Sequence record: MT446387.1
Source of the DNA: Escherichia phage TH09
Direction: 5' to 3' (one strand)
DNA: 64,000 nt
Part shown: in pieces, positions 44,352 through 54,194 of the stretch
How the letters are laid out: every line of letters starts with the position of its first letter
Numbering within the stretch: position 1 is the stretch's first letter
Position numbers and translations under genes: made by a program
The notes under the pieces: generated by a model
Databases searched by the model: none
The model's input: the letters and a program-made list of their open reading frames with translations, nothing else
Told to the model about the DNA's origin: nothing

Positions 44352-44749
44352 TGGCAAATATTAATAAGCTTTATTCTGATATTGACCCAGAGATGAAAAT
44401 GGATTGGAACAAAGACGTTTCAAGATCACTTGGATTAAGGTCAATTAAAAATAGTCTTTTAGGAATTATTACAACAAGAAAAGGTTCAAGACCGTTTGAC
44501 CCTGAATTTGGATGTGATTTATCTGACCAACTTTTTGAGAATATGACTCCTCTTACTGCTGACACGGTTGAGCGTAATATCGAAAGCGCAGTAAGAAACT
44601 ATGAGCCACGTATTGATAAATTAGCAGTTAATGTAATACCGGTTTATGATGATTATACTTTGATAGTAGAAATACGCTTTTCAGTCATCGATAACCCTGA
44701 TGATATCGAGCAGATAAAACTACAACTGGCTTCCAGTAATAGAGTATAA
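44351..44749 (+). CDS. 25: Baseplate wedge subunit gp25 (132 aa)
   Basis: 132 aa as T4 gp25. Confidence 0.85.
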   Translation: MANINKLYSDIDPEMKMDWNKDVSRSLGLRSIKNSLLGIITTRKGSRPFDPEFGCDLSDQLFENMTPLTADTVERNIESAVRNYEPRIDKLAVNVIPVYDDYTLIVEIRFSVIDNPDDIEQIKLQLASSNRV

Positions 44750-44775
44750 TGCTTCACGTATAAACGTGGTATAAT
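44750..44775 (+). promoter_or_regulatory. MotA-dependent middle promoter for uvsY
   Basis: MotA box TGCTTCA, 13 nt, TATAAT; about 40 nt upstream of the uvsY ATG. Confidence 0.7.
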
Positions 44776-44815
44776 GAATCTAAGTCCATCCAATAACAAT
44801 TGAATAGAGAACAAT

Positions 44816-45229
44816 ATGAGATTAGAAGATCTTCAAGAAGAATTGAAGAAAGATGTGTTTATAGATTCGACTAAATTACAGTATGAAGCAGCTAATAATG
44901 TGATGTTATATAGTAAATGGCTTAATAAGCATTCAAGTATTAAAAAGGAAATGCTTAGAATTGATGCACAGAAAAAAGTTGCTCTTAAAGCTAAATTAGA
45001 CTACTACTCGGGACGAGGAGATGGTGATGAATTTAGTATGGATCGTTACGAGAAATCAGAAATGAAGACAGTTCTATCAGCTGATAAGGATGTTTTAAAG
45101 GTTGATACTTCATTACAATATTGGGGAATTTTATTAGATTTCTGTAGCGGAGCTCTTGATGCTATCAAATCACGTGGATTTGCTATTAAGCATATTCAAG
45201 ACATGCGGGCATTTGAGGCTGGAAAATAA
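44816..45229 (+). CDS. uvsY: Recombination mediator UvsY (137 aa)
   Basis: 137 aa as T4 UvsY; synteny. Confidence 0.88.
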   Translation: MRLEDLQEELKKDVFIDSTKLQYEAANNVMLYSKWLNKHSSIKKEMLRIDAQKKVALKAKLDYYSGRGDGDEFSMDRYEKSEMKTVLSADKDVLKVDTSLQYWGILLDFCSGALDAIKSRGFAIKHIQDMRAFEAGK

Positions 45230-45453
45230 TGAGATATAGCATTGATGATGCTTTTAATTATGAAGAAGAATTTGAAACGGAAATTCAATTCTTAATGAAA
45301 AAGCATAATCTTAAGCGTCAGGATATTCGTATCCTGGCCGACCACCCGTGCGGTGAAGATGTCCTTTATATTAAAGGAAAATTTGCCGGATATCTTGATG
45401 AATATTTTTATTCTAAAGATATGGGCATTGATATGCATATGAGAGTTGTATAA
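45229..45453 (+). CDS. Hypothetical protein (74 aa)
   Basis: ORF track; ATGA overlap with uvsY. Confidence 0.55.
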   Translation: MRYSIDDAFNYEEEFETEIQFLMKKHNLKRQDIRILADHPCGEDVLYIKGKFAGYLDEYFYSKDMGIDMHMRVV

Positions 45454-45481
45454 ATAGATATATAATTCAGAGGAGACAATC

Positions 45482-45649
45482 ATGTCAGATAAGATTTGTG
45501 TTGTCTGTAAAACTCCAATCGATTCTGCATTGGTTGTTGAAACAGACAAAGGTCCTGTACATCCTGGGCCTTGCTATAATTACATTAAAGAACTACCAGT
45601 TTCAGAAAGTTCGGAAGAACAATTAAATGAAACACAACTTTTGCTATAG
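45482..45649 (+). CDS. Small Cys-containing protein (55 aa)
   Basis: Not in ORF track (<60 aa); ATG with SD gaggag; MSDKICVVCKTPIDS...HPGPCYNYIKELP; CxxC plus one distal Cys. Confidence 0.45.
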   Translation: MSDKICVVCKTPIDSALVVETDKGPVHPGPCYNYIKELPVSESSEEQLNETQLLL

Positions 45650-45704
45650 TGTGACCTTTAGTCTATAGTTTTGGCCCTTCCTTTTTGGTTGGGCCTTTTT
45701 TAAT

Positions 45705-45935
45705 TTAAAAGCTTTCTTCTACTTCATCGTCTGAATCTTCTAATTCAGCTCTTTTTCCTGCCAAAGCATCTCTCACAGAGATGTCATCAGTATCTTTTAA
45801 TTCAGTTTCTTTAACTCTTTTCTTGTAATAAGCTTCAAGTTCTTCTAAACCTTCTAATGTTTGACAAGAGGCAATTTTACCCATAAATTCATCAATAGAA
45901 GCTTCATAAAGAAATTGTTTAAATCCTAGTAACAT
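45705..45935 (-). CDS. uvsW.1: UvsW.1 acidic small protein (76 aa)
   Basis: ATG at 45935 with SD ggag (track start 45947 is TTG); 76 aa as T4 UvsW.1. Confidence 0.75.
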   Translation of the reverse strand: MLLGFKQFLYEASIDEFMGKIASCQTLEGLEELEAYYKKRVKETELKDTDDISVRDALAGKRAELEDSDDEVEESF

Positions 45936-45960
45936 CTTTTTCTCCAAAGGGCCGAAGCCC

Positions 45961-47472
45961 TTATAAATTAACTGTTTTCATTACGTAATTAAATTTTTCA
46001 TCTGCGTAGCGCTGAATACGATCAATGCCGTGTTTTAAAAGATAGTTCAAATGAACGTATTTCTTTTTCGTATTAGCAGATTTTGGCTTAACACCACAAT
46101 CATCGATGAGGTCCCAGACTGTTGCTATTGTCTTAGAACCATGCTTACGTAATACACGACCGATTGTTTGTAATACAATGATTTTTGATTTAACGCCGTG
46201 CGCTAAAACAACATGATGCAGATTTTTAACTGAAATACCAGTAGAAAATACACCATAACTCGCTACTATAATTATTCCTTTACCATTTTCAGCTAAGGTT
46301 TTCATTATATTGCGGGTTTCAGTATCAACTTCCCCTGATACGTAATAAACTTTATCGTATTCATTTTTAATTAAATCGAAAATAGCTTTACCGTGCGATA
46401 CGTGTTTAAACATGACAAAAGCGTTTTCATCTTTTTGTGCAAGCTTAATAGCTAATTTAGCGATCCATTTATTTCTTTTACTGAGCCCAGTAATAATTTT
46501 TATTTCTTCTTGGTAAGTTTTTCCCTTTAATTTAGTAGTGAACTCATCGGGATAGCGAAGAAAAATACTATTAATTTTTAACTCAGTTACTTGTCCATCT
46601 TCCATTAATTTAGAGGTCGTTACTGGCTTAAATATTTCACCAAACATTCCAACATACTGCATGATATTGGCTTTGCCGTCACGTAATGAACCTGATAGAC
46701 CAAATTTAAACATGCAGTTATTTAAACCTGATATGATAGATGAAATACTTTTTCCTGTAGCAAGATGGCATTCATCATTCATCATCATTCCAAACTGTGA
46801 GAACCATTCTTTCGGCTGTTTTACTACAGTTTGCCATGTACCAACAACGACTGGTGCATCATTTTTATATTTATCATCTTTTGATGCTCCACCGCCGATT
46901 TTCTTTATCATTGCATGACTGAATAAACGATAGTCAACAAAGTCATCAGCCATCTGAGTTGTCAGAGCAGTTGTTGGAACAATGATAAGAATTTTACCTT
47001 CATAATTTTCCAAATAATACCGAGCAAGCAAAGCTTGAATTAAAGATTTACCTGCAGATGTTGGAAGATTAAGAATTCTACGACGATTAACTAATCCTTC
47101 GAACACTGCATCTTTTTGATACCAGTGCGGTTCAATTCTTTTATTTCCTGAATAGATTTCTAATTTAGAAAGCCATTCATCAAAATCTTTTCTTGATAAT
47201 TCTTCTTTTTCGTTAATTTGCGGGTCAATCCAGGCTTTATAGCCAAAGTTATCACAGAACTTTTTAATTTGCCCGACCAAGCCGAATGGAAGAAGGCGAT
47301 TATAATCTAAAAGACGGATTCGTCCATCCCAGTGGCCATATCTGTACTTCGGATTAAAACGATACCCATCAGCTTCAAAGCTAAAGAAATCACGGAGTTC
47401 ATGAAATGTACTTTCTTCACAATCAATTCTCACGTGACTAAAATCATAAAAATGTACTTTAATGTCAGTCAT
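45961..47472 (-). CDS. uvsW: UvsW DNA/RNA helicase (503 aa)
   Basis: Walker A SAGKS and DECH helicase motifs; size as originally annotated T4 UvsW. Confidence 0.9.
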   Translation of the reverse strand: MTDIKVHFYDFSHVRIDCEESTFHELRDFFSFEADGYRFNPKYRYGHWDGRIRLLDYNRLLPFGLVGQIKKFCDNFGYKAWIDPQINEKEELSRKDFDEWLSKLEIYSGNKRIEPHWYQKDAVFEGLVNRRRILNLPTSAGKSLIQALLARYYLENYEGKILIIVPTTALTTQMADDFVDYRLFSHAMIKKIGGGASKDDKYKNDAPVVVGTWQTVVKQPKEWFSQFGMMMNDECHLATGKSISSIISGLNNCMFKFGLSGSLRDGKANIMQYVGMFGEIFKPVTTSKLMEDGQVTELKINSIFLRYPDEFTTKLKGKTYQEEIKIITGLSKRNKWIAKLAIKLAQKDENAFVMFKHVSHGKAIFDLIKNEYDKVYYVSGEVDTETRNIMKTLAENGKGIIIVASYGVFSTGISVKNLHHVVLAHGVKSKIIVLQTIGRVLRKHGSKTIATVWDLIDDCGVKPKSANTKKKYVHLNYLLKHGIDRIQRYADEKFNYVMKTVNL

Positions 47473-47501
47473 GTCTAAATACCATGTAATAAATATATCT
47501 A

Positions 47502-47509
47502 TATTTATA
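47502..47509 (-). promoter_or_regulatory. Late promoter TATAAATA for uvsW
   Basis: plus tatttata about 30 nt upstream of the uvsW ATG. Confidence 0.65.
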
Positions 47510-47522
47510 CTGAGGAAATATT

Positions 47523-48203
47523 ATGATAGATAAAGATTATATTGCAGAGCTGAAGGCTCTTGATGATAACAAAGAAGCTAAAGCTAAATTAGCTGAATAT
47601 GCTGAGCAGTTTGGTATAAAGGTCAAAAAGAATAAATCTTTTGATAATATCGTTGTTGATATTGAAGAAGCCCTCCAGAAGCTCGCTAGTGAACCTATGC
47701 CAGAGACTGATGGGTTATCTATTAAAGACTTAATTGATGCTGCTGATGCTGCAGAGGGGTTAAAATATGACGATGAAGAAGTCAATCCAGAGGCAGCACT
47801 TCTGATTGATTCTCCGGTTAAATCTGACATTAAAATTGAAGTAGTAGAAACGGATAAAATTCCTGAAAATACCGATGTTTTGATTGAAGATACTCCTTTT
47901 GTTGAAGAAAAATTCGAGCAGGCTGTAGCTGAGATTATTGAATCTGAAAAGCTGTCTGTATTTACTCTTCCGGAAAACTTTAGTCCGAATCTTCAGCTGA
48001 TTGGAAAAAATCCAGGATTCTGCACCGTTCCTTGGTGGATTTACCAGTGGATTGCTGAAACTCCGGATTGGAAATCTCACCCAACTAGTTTTGAGCATGC
48101 GTCAGCACACCAAACTTTATTTAGCTTAATTTATTACATTAACCGTGACGGATCAGTTTTAATTCGTGAAACACGCAATTCTTCTTTCGTAACATTAAAA
48201 TAA
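47523..48203 (+). CDS. inh: Inh, inhibitor of prohead protease (226 aa)
   Basis: 226 aa as T4 Inh; synteny next to hoc. Confidence 0.8.
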   Translation: MIDKDYIAELKALDDNKEAKAKLAEYAEQFGIKVKKNKSFDNIVVDIEEALQKLASEPMPETDGLSIKDLIDAADAAEGLKYDDEEVNPEAALLIDSPVKSDIKIEVVETDKIPENTDVLIEDTPFVEEKFEQAVAEIIESEKLSVFTLPENFSPNLQLIGKNPGFCTVPWWIYQWIAETPDWKSHPTSFEHASAHQTLFSLIYYINRDGSVLIRETRNSSFVTLK

Positions 48204-48212
48204 GGATAACTT

Positions 48213-49631
48213 ATGACTTTTACAGTTGATATAACTCCTAAAACACCTACTGGAGTTATAGATCAGACTCAGCAGTTTACTGCTACACCCAGTGGTCAAA
48301 CTGGAGATGGACCTATTACCTATGCTTGGACTGTTGATGATGCACCGCAGGAAGAAACGTCTGCAACTTTTAGTTATGTACTAAAAGGTCCTGCTGGACA
48401 AAAGACTATTAAGGTAGTTGCAACAAATCCAGTTCCTGATTCTGAAGCTGAAACAGCTGAAATTAGTACAACTATCACAGTTCAAAATAAGACACAGACA
48501 ACTACCTTGGCAGTAACTCCTGATAGTCCTGCTGCTGGAGTGATTGGAACAGCTGTTGAATTTACCGCTGCCTTAGCTTCACAGCCATCAGGTGCAAACG
48601 CTACGTATCAATGGCACGTTGACGGTTCTCCTGTAGACGAAGCAACTGACGCTACATTCAATTACACTCCTGACACAAGCGGAGTTAAAACAATTAAGTG
48701 TGTAGCTCAAGTAACCGCGACAGATTATGATACAAAGGAAGTTACTTCCAATGAAGTGTCACTGACTGTTAATAAAAAGACGCAGACAACTACCTTAGCA
48801 GTAACTCCTGATAGTCCTTCAGCTGGAGTAATTGGAACCCCAGTTCAATTTACTGCTGCCTTGGTTTCTCAACCTGTTGGAGCGTCTGCTACATATAAAT
48901 GGTATGTAGATGATTCACAAGTTGGTGGAGAAACTAACTCTACATTTAACTATACTCCAACTACAAGTGGAGTAAAAAGAATTAAATGCGTAGCCCAAGT
49001 AACTGCTGAAAATTACAATGAAAAGGAAGTTACTTCGAATGAAGTATCATTAACAGTTAATAAGAAGACAATGAATCCACAGGTTACATTGACTCCTCCT
49101 TCTATTAACGTTCAACAAGATGCTTCGGCTACATTTACTGCTAATGTCACTGATGCTCCAGAAGAAGCGCAAATTGCGTATTCATGGAAGAAAGATTCTT
49201 CTCCTGTAGAAGGGTCAACTAATGTATATACCGTTGATACCTCATCTATTGGAAGTCAAACTATTGAAGTTACTGCAACTGTTACTGCTGCTGATTATGA
49301 TAGCAAAACTATTACGGCGGAAGGTCAAGTTCAGGTAACTGATAAAGTTGCTCCAGAGCCAGAAGGTGAATTACCTTATGTTCATCCTCTTCCACATCGT
49401 ACTTCAGCTTACATCTGGTGTGGTTGGTGGGTTATGGATGAAATCCAAAAAATGACCGAAGAAGGTAAAGATTGGAAAACTGAAGATCCAGATAGTAAAT
49501 ACTACCTGCATCGTTACACTCTTCAGAAGATGATGAAAGACTATCCAGAAGTTGATGTCCAAGAATCACGTAATGGATACATCATTCACAAAACTGCTTT
49601 AGAAACTGGTATAATCTATACCTATCCATAA
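48213..49631 (+). CDS. hoc: Highly immunogenic outer capsid protein Hoc with an extra Ig-like domain (472 aa)
   Basis: N-terminus MTFTVDITPKTPTGVIDQT; C-terminal capsid-binding region; 96 aa longer than the T4 Hoc I recall. Confidence 0.9.
   Translation: MTFTVDITPKTPTGVIDQTQQFTATPSGQTGDGPITYAWTVDDAPQEETSATFSYVLKGPAGQKTIKVVATNPVPDSEAETAEISTTITVQNKTQTTTLAVTPDSPAAGVIGTAVEFTAALASQPSGANATYQWHVDGSPVDEATDATFNYTPDTSGVKTIKCVAQVTATDYDTKEVTSNEVSLTVNKKTQTTTLAVTPDSPSAGVIGTPVQFTAALVSQPVGASATYKWYVDDSQVGGETNSTFNYTPTTSGVKRIKCVAQVTAENYNEKEVTSNEVSLTVNKKTMNPQVTLTPPSINVQQDASATFTANVTDAPEEAQIAYSWKKDSSPVEGSTNVYTVDTSSIGSQTIEVTATVTAADYDSKTITAEGQVQVTDKVAPEPEGELPYVHPLPHRTSAYIWCGWWVMDEIQKMTEEGKDWKTEDPDSKYYLHRYTLQKMMKDYPEVDVQESRNGYIIHKTALETGIIYTYP
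48489..49064 (+). repeat. Tandem in-frame duplication of a 288-bp (96-aa) domain module inside hoc
   Basis: Unit 1 48489-48776 and unit 2 48777-49064 both encode KTQTTTLAVTPDSP...KEVTSNEVSLTVNK; about 78% amino-acid identity. Confidence 0.9.
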
Positions 49632-49636
49632 TCATA

Positions 49637-49652
49637 AGGGGCTTCGGCCCCT
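49637..49652 (+). terminator. Terminator after hoc
   Basis: AGGGGC-uucg-GCCCCU followed by a U-rich tract. Confidence 0.75.
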
Positions 49653-49720
49653 TTCTTCATTTTGAAAGCACACAAAACACACTCAGAAAATGATGTATAT
49701 AATGGCACCAACTCGATAAC

Positions 49721-49936
49721 ATGAGATTGATTATGAGAACTGAAGTTGTGGTGTTTACTCTTCATGAGTCTGGAAAGTCATTCATTGAAATTGCTCGTGA
49801 ATTGAACTTACAGGCAAAAGAAGTGGCTGTATTATGGGCTCGAGCTATGACTGCTAAGAATAAATTTGAAACTCGAGAAAAAGTTGTCTATAGAAAAAGA
49901 CATATTAATAAAAAGGTGAAAAATGGAACAGTATGA
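49721..49936 (+). CDS. Hypothetical small protein with possible helix-turn-helix (71 aa)
   Basis: ORF track; segment HESGKSFIEIARELNLQAKEVAVLW looks HTH-like; alternative ATG at 49733. Confidence 0.5.
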   Translation: MRLIMRTEVVVFTLHESGKSFIEIARELNLQAKEVAVLWARAMTAKNKFETREKVVYRKRHINKKVKNGTV

Positions 49937-50201
49937 TCTTTATGAAAATGAATCTTTTGCTAATCAATTACGCGAAAAAGCACTTAAAAGTAAACAGTTT
50001 AAGCTAGAGTGTTTTATTAAAGATTTTTCGGAACTTGCTAATAAAGCAGCTGAACAAGGTAAAACATATTTTAGTTATTATTGTACTGCTCGCGATAAAT
50101 TGATTACTGAAGAAATTGGTGATTGGCTGAGAAAAGAAGGATTTAGCTTTAAAGTCAATAGTGATCAACGTGATGGTGATTGGTTAGAAATTACATTTTG
50201 A
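49923..50201 (+). CDS. Hypothetical protein (92 aa)
   Basis: ORF track. Confidence 0.5.
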   Translation: MEQYDLYENESFANQLREKALKSKQFKLECFIKDFSELANKAAEQGKTYFSYYCTARDKLITEEIGDWLRKEGFSFKVNSDQRDGDWLEITF

Positions 50202-50210
50202 GGATTAATT

Positions 50211-51215
50211 ATGTTTAAAAAGTATAGCAGTCTTGAAAATCATTACAATTCTAAATTCATTGAAAAACTTTACAGTTTAGGATTGACTGGCGGCGAATGG
50301 GTAGCTCGTGAAAAGATTCATGGCACAAATTTCTCACTGATTATTGAACGCGATAAAGCAACTTGTGCTAAACGTACTGGACCGATTCTTCCTGCTGAAG
50401 ATTTCTTTGGGTATGAAATTATTCTAAAGAATTACGCTGATTCCATTAAAGCAGTACAAGATATTATGGAAACTTCGGCAGTTGTATCTTATCAAGTCTT
50501 CGGCGAATTCGCTGGACCTGGCATTCAGAAGAATGTCGATTATGGTGATAAAGATTTTTATGTATTTGACATTATTGTTACTACAGAAAGTGGTGATGTG
50601 ACTTATGTCGATGATTATATGATGGAATCATTCTGTAATACATTCAAATTTAAAATGGCTCCACTTTTGGGTCGTGGTAAATTTGAAGAACTTATTAAAT
50701 TGCCAAATGATTTAGATTCTGTCGTCCAGGATTATAATTTTACGGTAGACCACGCTGGATTAGTTGATGCAAATAAATGCGTTTGGAATGCTGAAGCAAA
50801 AGGCGAAGTATTTACTGCTGAAGGATATGTATTGAAACCTTGTTATCCTTCTTGGATGCCTAATGGTAATCGCGTAGCTATCAAATGCAAGAACTCTAAA
50901 TTTAGCGAAAAGAAAAAGTCTGATAAGCCTATTAAAGTTAAAGTTGAACTGTCAGAAGCTGATAACAAATTGCTGGGAATTTTAGCTTGCTACGTTACAC
51001 TGAATCGGGTAAATAACGTTATTTCTAAAATTGGCGAAATTGGTCCAAAAGATTTTGGAAAGGTGATGGGACTAACTGTTCAAGATATTTTGGAAGAAAC
51101 TTCTCGTGAAGGTATTACTTTAACTCAAGCGGATAATCCTTCCTTGATTAAGAAGGAATTAGTTAAAATGGTACAAGATGTACTTCGTCCGGCTTGGATT
51201 GAATTGGTAAGTTAA
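50211..51215 (+). CDS. rnlB: RNA ligase 2 (334 aa)
   Basis: Nucleotidyltransferase motif I KIHGTN; 334 aa as T4 Rnl2. Confidence 0.9.
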   Translation: MFKKYSSLENHYNSKFIEKLYSLGLTGGEWVAREKIHGTNFSLIIERDKATCAKRTGPILPAEDFFGYEIILKNYADSIKAVQDIMETSAVVSYQVFGEFAGPGIQKNVDYGDKDFYVFDIIVTTESGDVTYVDDYMMESFCNTFKFKMAPLLGRGKFEELIKLPNDLDSVVQDYNFTVDHAGLVDANKCVWNAEAKGEVFTAEGYVLKPCYPSWMPNGNRVAIKCKNSKFSEKKKSDKPIKVKVELSEADNKLLGILACYVTLNRVNNVISKIGEIGPKDFGKVMGLTVQDILEETSREGITLTQADNPSLIKKELVKMVQDVLRPAWIELVS

Positions 51216-51219
51216 ATAA

Positions 51220-51239
51220 AAGGGACCTTTCGGTCCCTT
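51220..51239. terminator. Bidirectional terminator between rnlB and gene 24
   Basis: AAGGGACC-uuuc-GGUCCCUU with U-rich flanks. Confidence 0.75.
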
Positions 51240-51243
51240 TGTT

Positions 51244-52527
51244 TTATTCATCAACGATAATTTTTGGTAGCTTAACACCTAATAAAACAGACAAATCTGA
51301 ACGACCCGCCATTTTATCCATGTCTCCACCATCAATTATTCTTGCTTCTTTTTCATCTTTTGCTACAGTATAAGGATTTGCAGATAAAGCATATCTAACC
51401 AATAAACCGATAGATGGCTGCAAACTTTCTGGATCAACTACAACTTTAAATGCACCTACATGTTCAGGGTCATCTAAGTCAAGACCTTCTGTATATGGAG
51501 CATAGAAAATTGATCCAACAATTTCTTTTTCACCGATATTTTCTACTACGCCAACGATTACATAATCTAATGGGCTGTTGGTATCGCAATAAAGCGGTAA
51601 ACCATTAGCTAAGAACCCGTAGGCATTTTGTGAAAGATATTTGTCATCTTCTGGTTTATGTTTTAACCAACCTGATGCAGCAAGAATCGCAGCGGCACGA
51701 GCTGAAGCAACACAGAACGTTGCAGTATAAGTTGATTCTTTTTGGATATGCGAAACCATTTCACACACCATTCGGTATAATGAACGACCAGCTTCAGGTG
51801 CAGATGCATAACTCAAATCAATGAATCCAGTATCAGTAATTCCTGTGACTTTATAGCGTTTTGATACTGTAATCAAAGACTGCAGAATATCTTTATTGAT
51901 TTCATCTGCCATTTCGGTTGCAAGCAAATCTTCCAAGAAATTAGGAGCATCGAATCCATTTGCTTCTAAATCTTGTGCTAATTCAACTGTAATGCCAGTT
52001 TTAAGTTTACGAGATTTAACTGCGGTTTGCCATTTATTAATCTGGAATCTAGCATCCGCAATTTCACTATCAGAGCTTTCAAATTTGCTTGTTACTGCAG
52101 CATCAGAAAATAGACGAACCTTTAAAAGAACAATTGCAATCTGAAGAGCTAATTCTAAATCACTTTCTTCAATATCAGCAAATGGTGTATTTTCTAATAC
52201 TTTATAAACGATATTATTATATTTGAATAAATCGCCTTTATTGAGAGTTAATTTAGACTCTTCTGTTAATTCTGTGATTTGTTCTCGGTCTACGTATCCA
52301 GCTTCGCCGGCGTAAGTAGCACCAGTTTTAAATGTAAATTCGTTATCAGGGTTAAGGTATTTGATACCATAAAAAGCAGCAACAGGTTGATTAGTTCTTT
52401 GCGTTGCTACAATGTCAGAATATATTAATTTAGTGGTAGCGCGAGTCAAAGCAACGAGATTTGGGCGACCGATTGAGTTGCTATTCGTTGTGGTTGATTC
52501 GCGCAGAAGTTCGTTGATTTTAGCCAT
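51244..52527 (-). CDS. 24: Head vertex protein gp24 (427 aa)
   Basis: 427 aa as T4 gp24; paralog of gp23. Confidence 0.9.
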   Translation of the reverse strand: MAKINELLRESTTTNSNSIGRPNLVALTRATTKLIYSDIVATQRTNQPVAAFYGIKYLNPDNEFTFKTGATYAGEAGYVDREQITELTEESKLTLNKGDLFKYNNIVYKVLENTPFADIEESDLELALQIAIVLLKVRLFSDAAVTSKFESSDSEIADARFQINKWQTAVKSRKLKTGITVELAQDLEANGFDAPNFLEDLLATEMADEINKDILQSLITVSKRYKVTGITDTGFIDLSYASAPEAGRSLYRMVCEMVSHIQKESTYTATFCVASARAAAILAASGWLKHKPEDDKYLSQNAYGFLANGLPLYCDTNSPLDYVIVGVVENIGEKEIVGSIFYAPYTEGLDLDDPEHVGAFKVVVDPESLQPSIGLLVRYALSANPYTVAKDEKEARIIDGGDMDKMAGRSDLSVLLGVKLPKIIVDE

Positions 52528-52554
52528 TGCGCTTTCCTTTTGGTTTATATGATT

Positions 52555-52562
52555 TATTTATA
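52555..52562 (-). promoter_or_regulatory. Late promoter TATAAATA for gene 24
   Basis: plus tatttata about 28 nt upstream of the gene 24 ATG. Confidence 0.65.
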
Positions 52563-52578
52563 CCATAAAAACAACTAA

Positions 52579-52596
52579 AGGGACCCGAAGGTCCCT
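52579..52596 (-). terminator. Terminator after gene 23
   Basis: minus RNA AGGGACC-uucg-GGUCCCU followed by a U-rich tract. Confidence 0.75.
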
Positions 52597-52610
52597 TAAA
52601 TCGTCAAAGA

Positions 52611-54176
52611 TTAGATACCTTTAACATATACACGGCGGAAGTAAGCGTTTTTACCAAGGCTATTCAGAATAGAAGGCATACCGCTCTGGATGCGAGAAGC
52701 CGGAGCCTGAGCAGCGGATTCTGCAAATGGGTTGATACCGATACCGTAACGAGTTTTGAATCCCATTACTGGTTGGAAGTTCTTCGGATCGGAACCACGC
52801 AGCGGAGTTAGAGCTACATATGGAGCGTAGTAAATACCAGCATCCATTTCGTTCGGACCTTTATAACCTACAGTGAAATAATCCTGTTTAGCATACTGGT
52901 CGATATATACACGGTATTTACCACCCAGAACACCAGCAAATACTGACTTGGTAGTATCAGTGTTAAAGCCGGTAGCCAGACCTTGCGCAGCATAAGAAAT
53001 GCCAGTATCAACTGAAGCCAGAACGTTAACTACGTTACGGGAAGCGATAATGAAGTTACCTTCACCACGACCGGTCTGACGAGCAATTTCAACTGCTTCT
53101 TTGTCAATCTGGAACAACAGAGCTTTAAAGGATTCACCCGCCCAGCGAGCACCACGAATATCGATTGGGTCCTGGAAGTCAAATACACCAGCTTTAGAAC
53201 CCGGAGTCAGGGTCATACCAGATTTACCAACCTGAGCTGAGTAGTTAATCCAATCAACAACTTCACGGTTGATTTCCAGCATAATTTCTGTAGCCAGAAT
53301 GCCAGACAGTTCAGCATCAGCATCCATACCGTGAACAGCACGGAGGTCTTGTGCTAATTCGATAGAGTAAGCAGCTTTCAGCTGACGAGATTTAGCTTCG
53401 ATAACTTGTTTATCGATACGGAAGCCCATTTCATTCCATGGGTTATCGGTAGAACCATTGAAACCTTCCTGGAGTTCAGCGATAGAAGTAGCCATACCTT
53501 CAGCGATTTCTACCAGTGCACCAGCTTCCATTTGTTTCTTAATTTCAGCATCTAATTTAGCAGCATCAGTCGCGCCAGCATCGATTGTTACTTGAACAGA
53601 AGCTTGCAGATATACAGTACCAGTTTCCTGGAAGAAGTGAGTATAGATATCACCTACTGTAGTTTGTGTGCTAGCAGCCAGAGCTGGGAATTTCTTAGCA
53701 GCACCCTGACCAGAGAACATTGCATCTGGACCATACATTGGGTGGAATGCTTCTTTAGCATCGGAAGCGATTGGGTCTTTACCGTATACTGCGCGCAGTG
53801 CGAATACCTGGCCAGTCGGGCTGTTCATCGGCTGAACACCACAAATATCGAAAGCAATCAGGTTAGGAATAGCACGACGTACCATACCCATAACAGCTGG
53901 GCCAATCTGAGTTACCGCGCCAGAAGTCTGACCTGCAGCAATGTTAGTAGCATTATAACCGTGGTCACCACCGATTTCAGCTTCTGTTAAGAAAGAACCG
54001 AATGCCTGAGCAATTTTTTCGTCTTTATATTCCGGAGCTGTCTGGAAATCTTTTTCCTGGTTTTCAAAGATTTTAGCGATAATCGCTTGTTTGCTATTAG
54101 CAATTTCCGGTAAACCTTCACCTTCCAGTAATGGCTTCCATTTGTTCAAAAGTTCAGCTTTAGTTTTGATAGTCAT
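52611..54176 (-). CDS. 23: Major capsid protein gp23 (521 aa)
   Basis: 521 aa; N-terminus MTIKTKAELLNKWKPLLEGEGLPEIANSKQAIIAKIFENQ as T4 gp23. Confidence 0.97.
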   Translation of the reverse strand: MTIKTKAELLNKWKPLLEGEGLPEIANSKQAIIAKIFENQEKDFQTAPEYKDEKIAQAFGSFLTEAEIGGDHGYNATNIAAGQTSGAVTQIGPAVMGMVRRAIPNLIAFDICGVQPMNSPTGQVFALRAVYGKDPIASDAKEAFHPMYGPDAMFSGQGAAKKFPALAASTQTTVGDIYTHFFQETGTVYLQASVQVTIDAGATDAAKLDAEIKKQMEAGALVEIAEGMATSIAELQEGFNGSTDNPWNEMGFRIDKQVIEAKSRQLKAAYSIELAQDLRAVHGMDADAELSGILATEIMLEINREVVDWINYSAQVGKSGMTLTPGSKAGVFDFQDPIDIRGARWAGESFKALLFQIDKEAVEIARQTGRGEGNFIIASRNVVNVLASVDTGISYAAQGLATGFNTDTTKSVFAGVLGGKYRVYIDQYAKQDYFTVGYKGPNEMDAGIYYAPYVALTPLRGSDPKNFQPVMGFKTRYGIGINPFAESAAQAPASRIQSGMPSILNSLGKNAYFRRVYVKGI

Positions 54177-54194
54177 TTGTGTTAACCTTTAAAA

